From positions 1,190,619 to 1,254,616 of the forward strand of contig CM074818.1 in assembly GCA_037447605.1 (NCBI GenBank): a stretch of DNA of 63,998 nucleotides, written 5' to 3'. The translations under genes were made by a program, and so were the position numbers. Below are positions 38,978-51,362 of the stretch, in pieces (within the stretch, counting starts at the first letter, position 1; each line of letters opens with the position of its first letter). Under the pieces are notes generated by a model. That model saw nothing but the letters and a program-made list of their open reading frames with translations. It had not been told where the DNA came from and ran no database searches. The stretch comes from Zygnema circumcarinatum SAG 698-1b (Eukaryota; Plantae; Zygnematophyceae).

Positions 38978-41338
38978 CTAACTGGACGACTCCGTTTGGT
39001 GAGGAAGCACAGCAGGCCCGGGGTTGGACAGAGGTTCTGCTTGACCGGCGGCGCGGATTGGGGGGTCGGTGTTGGGCCCTGGCACTGCGCTGCCCTCGCC
39101 TCTCCCCGCCTCCTGCTGCTGCACCTTCTCCTTGGTCTTCAGATTGACGTCTTCAGCCACCTTCGCCACCTTCCCAAATGTGCCTGAAAGCCAGGCGGCA
39201 CCGTTTGCAACAATCTTGAACTTCATAACTGCTGCTGCAGCTTCATTGACCTTCTGCTCCGCAGTTACAAAGGCTGCCTTGGACTTGTCTGAGACCTTGT
39301 ACTTCTCATCCACCATCTTCAGTGACTCGTTGACAGTTGCAGCCCCTGCAGTAATCCTCTGACTGAGTCCCATTTTGCGGTCCAGCTCAGCGGCATGGTA
39401 ACTTGCAGTGCTGCCAAGGGCTGCCGCCTTTTCAGACGCAGTCTTTGAGAGTTGATGGCGCTCGTCAAAGGCCTTGGCCTTTGTCATTGCGTCCTTGGAG
39501 AGGATGTAACCCTTGGCCAACAGATTCGAAACCACATCTTCTGCGCGCTCCACTGAGCGACTTGTAGGTTCCTGTAAGACGGTAAGAAAGAGCCTGCCTG
39601 CCGTCAAATGTATGTTATCAAATCTATGGTCTGATCTCTGCTCTACAGAAAATTGCAGGAACAAACAAACAAACAAAAAACAAACAGCCCGGAACATGAG
39701 CAAGAATAAGCGTACCAAAACTCTTTATCATAACTGGGCCACAATACATAGGCCAAACCACATAAGGGCATTTTCTTGACTCGCTTCAATATCAAAAGAT
39801 TCAGTTGCTTGCCAACATTGGAAGAAACATACTGGCGTTAAATGGACTGGCCCTGCGTCCATGCAACTTGCAAACCGATGCCAGAGAGAATTTGGAGGAT
39901 GTGGCATTGCATCGATACAGGAAAACTGCATTTCTGTTTATTATTTTCCTTCTTTCTTTCTTCGTCGTACGCTTTCCTCTGATGTGGCCTCCCATAACAG
40001 CGGTGGGAAGGGAGACCGAAAGGGAGGGAAGTCAGGGAGGCTAGGAAGGGAGCGGGGAGACAGAGAGGAGAGACATTTACAAAAGGGGATAGAGATGGAT
40101 AAATAGAGCATAACAACAACAGAAACGTAAGGGAATGATTGTGGCTAAGAGAGGGGAGAACACACACCTGCACTCCCGGGCTAACCGAATCTTGAGTGCG
40201 TGGGGGAGGCTCATAACCGACTGCAGCCTCCACTGTCACCTGACGATCCACAATCACAACTCCCTGCAAACCACCCCACCTCCAAATGTCGAACTCTCAG
40301 TAGATAATACTATCATGCTGGTCAAGAACAGCACTTCGGAACTCCCTCCAATGCAGCTTCCGATACAAGAAGAAGCTTTTCACTTCTAACTCTGAAAGTC
40401 AAGATATTTATGCTAAGACCTATGCTTATGAAAAATCTCTTGAAAAATCACAAGATTATAATGGAGTTATAGGCAGCAATGGTTCAATAGTTTAGTACCT
40501 CTAATACTTCAATAGTGAAAGTGCTCGTTCATGACAGGCAGGCAGGCGAGACATTCAACCCCATGCTCACCGTAAGTAGTAATGCAGTCTCCAGTGCTTT
40601 GTCGTCAGCAAAGGTGACGTATGCAGTTTGAGAAAAAGCTGCCTCCCTGAAGTACAGCGGGAAAATGAGTTCATTAGCCGAACGCGGGTGGCCAAAACCT
40701 TAGGACTCTGCCTGAACAATCAATAGAAAGGTAGTGAAGGCCACAAAACCACAGTCGCCAAAATACCTATCTACATTTTGCAGGAGATAACAGTCATGTT
40801 TTAACTACACGTGCAGAACTGAGAGGATTATCTGGTCAGGAGCCCGAAACTTGACGTCAAAGTCTTTAAGAGCTGCAAACTATATAACCCTTACACAGCA
40901 TGGAGTTGGATGCTGAGGATCTCCCCAGAAAAGGCGAAAAACTCCCACAGATCACGCTCAGTTGCTTTAGGTGAGACATTGGACACTTTGACAGTGGCCT
41001 GCACATCCGCTGTGACTCCGAATAAGCGTGACATCAACGCGGCACTGATCATACATCTTGTAACCGAAGATTCTTGTCAAGTGCAGGTGGGTGGTGGGCA
41101 CATTACCGAAAAAGAGAGCTGCTGATGACATGAAAAAAACCAAAATGAATGTACTAATAGAACGAATCAGATGATGTCAGGTTTGAACCAGAAATCATGA
41201 CCTGTCAGTGGGCTAATCATAAAGATCCAGACTTTCCTCCATGGTTTGTTTCACAATGAGCGCACTTTATTCGGTGCACTGAGCTCACAAAGCAGATGCA
41301 AAAAAAACTGGTCGATCAGGTGCAACGCATACCGACAT
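38978..41338 (-). CDS. BPA1-like (binding partner of ACD11) single-RRM protein
   Basis: Micro first coding exon ATG TCG|gtatgc (41338-41333), then ATVKVSNVSPKATERDLWEFFAFSGEI (from 40998), TAYVTFADDKALETALLLT, GVVIVDRQVTV, and last exon AEDVVSNLLAKGYILSKDAMTKAKAFDERHQ, the hallmark of the BPA1/BPL family. Confidence 0.9.
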
Positions 41339-41849
41339 GTTTCGAAGCTCTGGAAGATGAGAGCCGATTGTCGTCTTCCCTGAAGTGATTTGACAGTCAT
41401 GCTCACGTGATGTCAGGATACACAATGCAAGTCTTACAAAGGGCAACAAGACATGGCTCGGAGCCGCGGCCAATGAAACATCAACGACAAAGCAGCAGAA
41501 CTTGCTCAATACCATGACGTTGGCTGTGACAGCTCCAAAACAGACAGCATACTCACTCCTCATCCGTCTGAATGGTCTATAACATCACTCAAGCTAACGC
41601 GGAGCAGAAAACCCACAAGTAAACGAGGAAAACGGAAAGCAGACCATCCCATCCCTTGTCGACAGAGTACATCTAGCATATCAAAAATAAGACGCTGAGG
41701 CATCGCAGACCTGAGGAAGCGTGCGGGAGGTCCCTGCGGATCAGCTACAGCAGTCGCTCTCAAGCGGCGGAGCGGAGGCCTGCACTGCAGGAAGAGCGGG
41801 CGCAGCGGTGCAAGCGGTACAGGGCCAGCGCTGAGCCTGCAGGGAGGGA

Positions 41850-42100
41850 GGGGAGCCCTTTTGGACTTTGGGAGGGGAGCTTGCCCAAATCGCAAGGCAC
41901 GCGCAGGTACGGTCCGTAACATATCGATATCGATACGATACATTATATTGTTCCGATACGGCATTCACGATAGGACGGGCCACAGCAACAGGGCGATACG
42001 ACCGGATGGTTCGGTGATATCGCGATATGATCGATACAGGTGGGGGGTGGGTGGGGCTCTCATGGCCCCATTTGTGGGACCACGCACGAGTCCGCCTCAT
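41850..42100 (-). promoter_or_regulatory. Putative promoter of the BPA1-like gene with a CGATA/GTAC array
   Basis: ggtacggtccgtaacatatcgatatcgatacgatac...ccgatacgg...gcgatacg...gatatcgcgatatgatcgatac lies just upstream of a GC-rich putative first exon. Confidence 0.55.
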
Positions 42101-42719
42101 TTCTCGTGTATTCAGAGTCTTTTACTCTGCTCTACTCTAATCTAATCACTATTCAATTCCTTTTCACTTCAAATGTTTTGCTTGCATCCGTCTCCATATT
42201 AAAGTTGAATGCCTTTGTTAATTGAGGCGCAATTTTCGCAGCATGTGCCTACGACACGTTGATTAAAAAAATGGCGTTCAATTAGCAAGCGTGCAAAACC
42301 TGCAGGAGGAAAGGCTCTTGATCCAACAACCATCAACCACTCCAGCCGGATGACGGCTTTTTATGCCTGCAAATGATCTCTCACAGAGGTACGTACGGCC
42401 TTGAGAGGGGGAAGGAAACTGAATGTATTCCAGCACCGAGTCGGATTAGCAAAACATGAGATAAAGAAAAGAGAGACTAATGTTGCACGGACCTAAAGTT
42501 GGGATCTGGAAGCTCTCACTCTTGAAGCTTTTCCAAAAATGTTCCCTGTTGTGTCAATTGTGGAACACCATAAATAGTGGCCCCGCTAGTTTCTACGCCG
42601 GTGTGTTCTCCCATTGACAGTAACTCCTCTAACCCTCCAGCATCCAAAAATCTTAGTGCTTATGTTAAGGCCGGCAGCAAACCACAGGGAAGGGATGCGA
42701 CCAGGCTGTGTGACTGGGC

Positions 42720-45647
42720 CTAGTTGGGCTTCTCAGCCTCCACCTGATTGGCTGGCGGAGGGCCCTCCTTCCAGGTGGCCTGCCACTGCTTGTCGTAGAA
42801 GGTCCACTCCTGTGCCAGGCCCTTGATGGTCTCCACGTCCTCCACCTTTCGGATAGTGAGCACGGCGAGCACGGAGACGAGGATGAGCAGCTTCCCGATG
42901 AAGCCGCTGCTCTGGTCAACCAGTCCCACGCCCGTCGCAGAATCTACAACGTAGCCCAAAGCATAGCCCACCATCGCCGCTCGTCCTGCACAGGGCACGT
43001 GGGAGAAGGAGAAGGAGGCAATCTACTTCAGTAGATGTTCAGACAAGCGTTCCAACCATACAGAGGCCACAAAGGCCACTGGCTAGGCCAGGCAGGGTCG
43101 CTCTAAAAGATTGCAATGTCTGCCAGCAGGCACATGGAAACTTTCGGTGATAGAAAAGCAGCTTAAGCAAAGGGGACAGCCTCAATGAAATGGCACAAAC
43201 ACAGTCGATAGATTCACACCTGCTGCTGCTGTTCTACAGCAACAACTCCGACAAACTTTCCGACTTACTTTTGATGTGATTGCCCAAGTTCTTACCTAAT
43301 TGTTTACCCACAACTTCAGCATAACAACACTCCCTCAAAGAACAAGCTTTCCAACACAACGGCACGGACCAACTGTGCTGCTTCCGGGAATTTGGCAATT
43401 AGGTTTCAACTATCCAAACTATGTCTCCTTAAAAGAAGCCCTTCTTGGAGAAATGATCCGTTGAATATTGATTTTACACAATAAACTCGGATAGGCGATT
43501 GAACCCGATCATGCTAAGTCTCCAATGGGACACGTTCTACAGTTTATAATCCTAAACTAGTACGCTGAAGGGGAGAAGAAACTGATGGGAGTGGCTACAT
43601 AGAAACTAAATTGAGAAAATGAAATGTGGCGTGCACGAAACCATGCAGATCACAGCAAACACACCAAAGTGAAGAGCCATATAACGATTATGCACGTCCA
43701 TGTATCACCAATTGCGTTTATAGTAAATCTTTTTTAATCAGCAATTTGGACTCAAATGTTTCTGGCTAATTCACATTGTGTTTCATGCATAGTAGACGGC
43801 AAAAAAGCCATTTCAGCAGTCAGGAAGTCAGCAGAAAAGTTAATTTCAGAAAAACAGGTTCAGTTCGCATGAGAACATGGAAGAGGACAATCCGGCGAGA
43901 AGAAATTTTATTTAAGAGACAAATAAGTTGCAGTAATTGAACTGAATGCACCCAAGATCACTCTCGATTATCAAGAAGCAGAGATGCACCAGCTAAAATT
44001 TCTTGAGTTCTTGAGCTTGAATTGCTTCTTTTTAGCATGTGTGAAGACTCCAGGACCAGCACGGCAGACATTACAAGTTTGTAACTTCGTTGAACCACTA
44101 CAAGAAACCTCAGCTTCTAGCGGATAGACAGTTACTGATTCACGTAAAATCTTAATGCCCTCATCGATGCGCAAGAGCGGAAAAGATTAAGAAAGAATGC
44201 AATTGCAGGATTGGGTCACACATGGCAAGTCTCAATGCGCTCATGAATGCGCAAGAGCTGAAAAGTTTGAAAGAAATGCAATGACAGGACTGGATCATAC
44301 ATGGGCGTGATAGTCAACAAGTGACAAGGGCTTCAGGAAGTGAGGCAGTCAGCCTCGCTGTTCTGCTTCGACCAGGGTCTATGGAACACGTTTTTTAAAC
44401 TTGAGCACCGCAAATGATTAAGAAGCGGCTTTGATTCAGGCTATCTTCTAAAAACGTTTTCAATGCACAGGACTATAGAACAAAACGCATTTTAGGGACA
44501 CAAAAAAACAAAAGCAAAAGCCAAAAAATAGCCAGCCCGTTTGGTGTGATGATTTCGCATGCCATCAATGCAGGACTTCTGCAGAAAAGCTTGAGCTCAT
44601 TGAATTGTGGAAGATGTCACTACATACCATTCAACTTCTCTGCCTCCGGAAGATGGAATCGGCGGACCCAGGCCCACCAGGGAACCACGGAAGTGTCAAA
44701 AAGCACCGGATCCTCATTGGTAGACGAAGTTGGGGTCTCCTCCAGCCATTTTCGACGAACAACTTCTGCAATAAACAAGCACGCCCCTAACGTTCAGGGT
44801 AGGGCCATTCAAGAGGGAGCACACAGAAGTCGATAAATACAGCTCGTGCCAAATGTGACTCTAAATAATCTTTCCATAGCAGATAAGCAGAGCTGTCCCT
44901 GTCCTTACGGCTGTGGATAAAAAAACCTATTACGACATTGAAACGCATTCTGTGAAAAAGTTGCCATTAGCAAATGCGTTGACACAAGGCATCGCATGCT
45001 AAATGGCAAAACACGAGACGATATGCATACACTCCCAGTGTGTGTCCTGTCATCAAGTATATTGATGATGGTACGACTCACTGAAGCTGTTATTTGACTT
45101 TCGGGAAGTTATCAAAACATAGAGTCCACAAGTTATCAAAACATAGAGTCCAGCACTGACCTGCGTCGATCACAGCATCCCAGTCCACCTTTCCATCCTT
45201 CGTGAACTGTGCAATATCCCAGGTGCCGGACTTCCAGCGAGGGTCTGAAAACTTATCCCCTCTTGCAGCAAAGAAACTCGACTTCCCAAGAACAGACGCA
45301 CTTGGGTCCTTTCCTTCCTTCTGCTCGCCCTGCAGCGTCCCACCCTTCTCCAGCGCAGACGGCTTCCTCTTCACTCCCTCTGTGTCCCCTGCTTCCGGCA
45401 GAGCTGCGACTTCCGCCACAACGGAATCCCCTCCAGCGCTGGCAGCGCTCTCCACCGCGCCGCTCTCCGCCGCCGCCTGCGCTACCACGCCGGCGCGCCT
45501 CCTCCGCCTGCTCGACAACTTCAGCAGAGGAGCGGCCGCCCGGCCAGGCAGACGGCAGCGGACCTGCTGTGCCGCCGCCGGCTGCCGCACTGCGTGTGCG
45601 AGCTCGGAGGCCGCGGGCGGTGCGGCGACCCGCGCTATGGCGGCCAT
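42720..45647 (-). CDS. LIL3: Light-harvesting-like protein LIL3 (LHC-like, GGR/POR-stabilising)
   Basis: Exons 45647-45161, 44765-44628 and 42985-42720. FSDPRWKSGTWDIAQFTKDGKVDWDAVIDA|EVVRRKWLE...FDTSVVPWWAWVRRFHLPEAEKLN|GRAAMVG (LHC ExxNGRxAM motif)...TFYDKQWQATW. Confidence 0.95.
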
Positions 45648-46419
45648 GGTGGCCGGCGCTTTCAGATGGGATGGAGCGAGTGGGAGAGCAGCCAAGGCTC
45701 GAGCAAGGGGAGGGGAGAGGGAGTGAGCCGGACAAGAAGTGACAGGGGCTCGGGGAGGGAGAGGAAAGGGAGGGAGGGAGGGAGGGAGGGACGGGGCGGA
45801 GGCGGAGGCGGAGGCGGAGGCGCGGCCCCCTCCGGATTGGCTGCCGCGCCCGTCGCTATCCGCGCTGTGCGTCATCCGCTCGGGCCATGGGGCCATGGGC
45901 CATGGCCATGGCCGCATGAGGGGCCATGGGCATGGGTCCATGGCCATGGGGAGGCGGGAGAAATTAAGAAATTGTTCCCTATCGGTTCTTTTTCTATCTG
46001 AAATTCCCTTCTGTATGCGATTGGACATGAATCACATATGTGTTGTGCAGTACCATTACTGTACTGGTACTTTACACACACTTCTACAAGCGGATGGCTA
46101 CAAACCTTGCAATATGCTTGGCTCCTTCGGCGTCATCAAAAATCTGCAAAAGCACTAGATACCGGGTTAGCTTATCTTAGATCAGCTTCGTTTGGTGGAA
46201 GTTTGGCTTGGCTTCGTTTCATTGCTTTTTGCCTTGGTTCAATTCCGCAATTTTTTGTTTCTTTGGTTTCGCTTTGTCGCTTCGCGAGGTCTGGCTGTTG
46301 TCCCCGCGCAGGTTGGGACTACGAGTTGTTGGTTCCAGTCGTGCGCATCCAAGTTTGGGCCCGCCGAGTCATGGACCGTGCCGTACCGCTTGCAGTGCCG
46401 CATACAGTACTGTACTGTA

Positions 46420-46968
46420 CAGTAGGGGGTCCTCGTATTTACCGCCCTAAGGAGTGCGTCAAGAAATTCGCCCCGATTTTGCCGAAACCACCTTTTTGTA
46501 CGGTAACTGTGTGTTAGCCGTACTATTCGTACTTTTCGTACTAGCCGTACTAGCCGTTACGGGCTTACGCAAAACTCACCTAATCTCCCCGCACGTGCCG
46601 CCGCCGTAAGAGGCGCTCGCTCTTCTCCCCTTTTTCTTGGCTTCGATACGATACGGTACGGTACGACACGATATTATACGATACGAAACGCCCCGATAGG
46701 GTGTTATCCGTACGAGCCGTACGAGCTGAGGCGAACAACACAGCGGAAAACTACGTCTTATGCGTCACGATATGGCACGATACGATACGATGCTCAACGA
46801 TACGGAACGATACGGTACGGTATTTTACGGAGCGATACGTACGGTCCAACATGAACTCTAACATAATACCGCCCGTCTATTGGTAACACGAACCTTATAT
46901 ATGCAAAATCAATATTTTCGCCTCATATTGGCCAAAACCAGGATGGAAAATATGAGGACCCCCTACTG
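46420..46968. mobile_element. MITE copy 1 (549 bp), Tc1/mariner-type
   Basis: TIRs CAGTAGGGGGTCCTCGTATTT ... AAATATGAGGACCCCCTACTG, flanked by TA on both sides; colinear with 52949-53463. Confidence 0.92.
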
Positions 46969-47036
46969 TACAGTACATTCTGTTACAGTGCAGTACGGTC
47001 GTACGAGCAAATGTACGGTTGGTTTCGAGATGTTAA

Positions 47037-47101
47037 GATGGATGGATGGGTGTATGGATGGATCGATGGATGGATGGATGGATGGATGGATGGATGGATG
47101 G

Positions 47102-47137
<36 letters not shown>

Positions 47138-47192
47138 ATGGATGGATGGATGGATGGATGGATGGATGGATGGATGGATGGATGGATGAATC

Positions 47193-47224
<32 letters not shown>

Positions 47225-47255
47225 ATGGATGGATGGATGGATGGATGGATGAATC

Positions 47256-47287
<32 letters not shown>

Positions 47288-47318
47288 ATGGATGGATGGA
47301 TGGATGGATGGATGAATC

Positions 47319-47350
<32 letters not shown>

Positions 47351-47357
47351 ATGGATG
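47037..47357. repeat. (GATG)n microsatellite with periodic GAATCATGGACG interruptions
   Basis: Directly visible; gives the MDGW and IHPS artefact ORFs. Confidence 0.95.
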
Positions 47358-47864
47358 CGGTACGGTATACCGTACCGGTGCCTGCCTGTGCTCGCCGCAG
47401 AGGCAGCTTCCCCCGCACGACTGTGCGGACTAAACGGCCGGCATTTTCGACGGGCAGCAGGGGATGAGGGGGGGCGGCGGCGGATGAGGCGAGGGTTGGC
47501 TTGGCGGGGGGCCCCGGATGTATGTGTCCCGCGTTCCTGGGGGGAGGGCATGCGGCGCCGCCGGGCGGCCGTACGATATTGCGCGCGTGTGGTGCTCAGG
47601 GGCGAAAAATCCCCCGCGCCGTACACCCGCCCGCCCGCCCGCCGGGCGCGGCCGTACGCTGCCCGCCTTCGTGGCGCCGCGCCGTCAAGGCCGCGTGGCA
47701 CCTCTTGTAAAGGGCCACGGGAAGGAGAGAGGGAAGGGCGGGAAGGGGAGGTGCGGGGGAGAGAGGAGAGAGGAGAGAGGAGAGCGGAGAGGGAGAGCGA
47801 GAGGGAGAGCGAGAGGGAGAGCGAGAGGGAGGAAGAGGAAGAGAGGGATATTCTGTAGAGCGTC

Positions 47865-50333
47865 ATGGCCGCGCTTCTTCGCACTAGTTTGCCGCTGCCG
47901 GCGTTAGGAGAAGCAGCAGGAGGCAGGCGCCTGTGCAGCGAGCCTACTGCGAGCCTCGCAGCAGTGCCTGCTGACGGGTGTAGGGATGCGGGAAGAAGAT
48001 ACGCATGCGGAACGTGCGAGGGCTGCTGTGCTGAATGGATGACAAGAGCAGGCGTCTCGCGCAGGTTTGGCCTAGTTTTCTTCTTGATTTTTCACTGCAG
48101 TATAGGAGAATGACAAAGCATTGGTTCAAGAAGTATGGCGGGCGTATGCTTCCGCAGCATGAATTGTTTAGTCCTCGGTTGAATTGGAAGGCAAGGAGAT
48201 GCAGAATTTTAGAATGCTTGCAAGCAGCCTAGGATTTTTTGGCCTGAAAGCTGTCCGTACTGTCGGAACAGAAGCTAGCATGGATTGAAGCTTGCGAGGC
48301 TGGGTCACTCTGCTAGCGCAGTACTGGCCTCCCTTTTGCAGCTCTGCAGCTATCACTTTTCTTTTATCTCTTGAGCATCATCACCTGTCGATCAGGCTGG
48401 CTGTTCGGAGTCGGCCATCACTAACGTAGGAGAATCTGGCTTGCATGCAGGAGGAATTTTTTTGAACCTGTAGAATCCGTGAGACGGCGGGGCTGGTCTC
48501 TGGACCCTGTGAGGAGTAGATTCAGGGTCATCTCTGCTGCTATAGGAGACGATTCTGCAGGCCCTTCCAATTCTTCTTTTTCGTGTGACTCTACGAGTCT
48601 GGTAGTAGAGAGAGATAGCTTGCACGCAGCAGCCTGGCCGATTAACAGCAGGGAGAGCCTGAAGCTGGATGGTGCACACGCAATTGAAACTGAAGACGAG
48701 ATACAACGAGACGATATTTTCACTTTAGAGGAGAGTGCAGGTAAACGCGCAAAAAAAACGGCATTTCTTTTTTAATCTTGGTCACGAAGGTGATAGGGTT
48801 AGTGTTATTTGGTTCTGGGATGGGTATGGTCTTGTCATGCTAGGTTGATACGCATATATGGTTGGAAGTGGTGGCGTTTTCACTCCTTGGCTAGTGACAC
48901 AATATGCTACTTGCATCTGCTGCTGGTGCAGAAACCTTCGACGACGTCGAGATGCGGACTTCAAGTCGTGGTACCTCACAGTAAGTGCTGTCGACATCTT
49001 TTATGTGCCATTCATTAGAATGGCCCAATTGTCACAGGAAATTGCTTTCCCAGGTTTTGACTGCCTGTACAACTAGGCCTCGTTCAGGATCCATGTTAAT
49101 TAGGTCTGATCAGACAGCGGGCTCGACGGTATGCATTTAGTAGTTTGTCAGGGGCGTTCTTTCATTATTTCGAAGAAGAATTCTCAAGTGAACTGTCGGC
49201 CTGTCCAACCTCTCAAGTAATGTGGGTTTGTTTTTTGGGACAGGCTTGAAACTGCATCACTCAGTCAGGCGTTCAGCAGCAGTCTTGGCAGGCGGCTATC
49301 TTGCAGTATTGGATCCACTGCAAGAATAGCGCCGCGTTTTCCCCGCATAACTATGAATGGTGAGTGCGTTCATGCGTTCCTGGGTGGAGAGGAGAGAAAG
49401 TGGTCAACCTCTTCTGCCATTAGTTATGTAGTGGTTGTCGTCGGCGTTAGCAGTCATGACCTAGTTTTTTCGTCGTGCCTAACTGAGGGCTTTTCATTAG
49501 ACATCGATCTTATTGTCATCAAGTCCCTGTTCACAGGATTCCTTGTGTTCCTTAGTCATTACTTGTTTCTGTCGGTTTGGAAGGTCTGCCCTTCTTGCAT
49601 GTAGGTGCTCACACCCTCCTCCCTCATGCTGCAGGGTCTGCCGGCATCGTCATGGCAATTGCTGTTGCTATTGCGGGGATAGCTTCGGCTGTCCGTTCAC
49701 ATATGCATCATACAAGGGAGTGGTGGGTAAGTTTTCATTGCAACTACCTCTACCTTTGCTTTGCCCTGTGCCATCACGCTGACTGTGGTTTAATGCCATG
49801 AAAGAGTTCAGGAGTAAAGTTATTTCTTTGCCAAATAACTGATGTCACTTTCCGTCCATGTGCAGATGCAACACGTGTGCATGCGGTGTGATGGACATGG
49901 CTTGGAGACTTGTCATGTTTGCAACGGCGCCGGCGAGATCCGCTGGGAAGGAAAGCTCTACCACACAGATCCATGTCCAGGATGTCTTGGGGACGGATAT
50001 AGGAAGGTGAGGAGAAGTTTTGCACTTGTAAATATCTGAAGCCCCTTTTTGTGGCTTATGCTGTTCATTCACTTGAAAGCTATCCATCTGAGGCTGGAAC
50101 CCATGAGTTAGTCAAAGCTCTGCCAGTATTTTTAACTCATCTTCAGAGGTGAATAGTGGCTGGTGACAAAGTGGTTCTTTTGCCAGAGGGCGTGCAGCGC
50201 TCCTCGTCAGCTGACGGAATGTTTGTTTGTATGGACGATTTTGCAGTGCCGGCAATGCCTTGGGGAATGTAACTTCAAGAAAGGACTTCCTCCACCTTTG
50301 GAACGGACCCTGCTGACGAGGAGGAGGAAGTGA
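47865..50333 (+). CDS. DnaJ-type Cys-rich zinc-finger protein (DNAJE-like) with one hydrophobic helix, probably plastidial
   Basis: Inferred exons ~47865-48013, 48451-48740, 48932-48980, 49244-49359, 49605-49726 ([17 protein letters not shown]), 49866-50006 and 50247-50333. Four CxxCxGxx motifs: [31 protein letters not shown]. No J-domain HPD motif seen. The 5' exon boundaries are less certain. Confidence 0.75.
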
Positions 50334-51362
50334 TGTGAAGTAAATTGCGATGGAGCCGACCACTGGCCATTGTCCATAGGAGGCTTCGGTTCTTTCTTAT
50401 TGCAACTCCCAATTGGCCTGAGGCAGAATGATATTATTGCTTCATTGTGGAGGGCAGCAGAATCCCTTGTATTTGTCAGGAATAATGATAGGGCTTGAAC
50501 AGTGAATACGACAATTCCTATCCCCTATTCCAGTAGTGTAAAATAGCTTGAATATTTCTTCTTGATTAGTTCTGCAATAACAATATTGTAAACCTATGTA
50601 TATGATGCATAGCTAATGCAGACTATTGAAAAGAGAATCACTGAAGGTGTGTGGAAATTTTCGGTTTGTCGTATGGTGATGTGTCACACAGCTGGTAATG
50701 CATGGTTCCCTGAAGTACTGGCTGGGGAATTGCTCGTTTTTAGCTTTGATCGGAATATGTCAACTGCCTTGCATCTCAAAGTGGAGTCTGGACCTTTTTA
50801 TGGCTCAGGCAATTAGAGGAATTAGTGGATGATATGGTCATTGCTTTCGCCAAGTTAGCGCGGAATATTACCAAAAAAAGCGCCAGGGAATATTTTTTTT
50901 TTCTAGGACAGAAACTTGATAACTGGGAAAAATTCCTCTTCTGTCTGTTTTTGAGCAATTTACTAGCAAGCAGCGTAGGCTTTAGCTTTCGATGGAGTTG
51001 TACTCCAGCTGCAGACCAGCTCCGGCCGGAAAACGTCTACTTTGACCCCCCACCAGGAGTATTGCAAAAGTAGACGATATCAATCACAAACAGCAACGTG
51101 GGGTATACATATATTCATCATGTGCACGAAGCTTGGTTGTGAGAACAATGCCCATTGCCACGTAACCATGTCAACTGCCACCATGAACGGTAAGAAACAC
51201 TGCATTAGAACCATAACTTACAACATAACGTACAGGTCAGATCTAACGAACACCCAAAATTGGCACACCCATGCATGTTTCTCCAGTGCTACGCCAAACT
51301 GAGTCCTCCAGCTCGAACAGCGCAGCTGCGAGAGTCCCTCCCCTCCCCATTCATCTGTCCCT

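Noticed and set aside
43480-43530. GGTTCAATC B-box-like motif on the minus strand (tRNA/SINE?)
   Set aside because: No cloverleaf or convincing A box.
46880-47884. MDGW/IHPS repeat ORFs and a superficially CRISPR-like periodic array
   Set aside because: (GATG)n microsatellite in eukaryotic DNA; no unique spacers and no cas genes.
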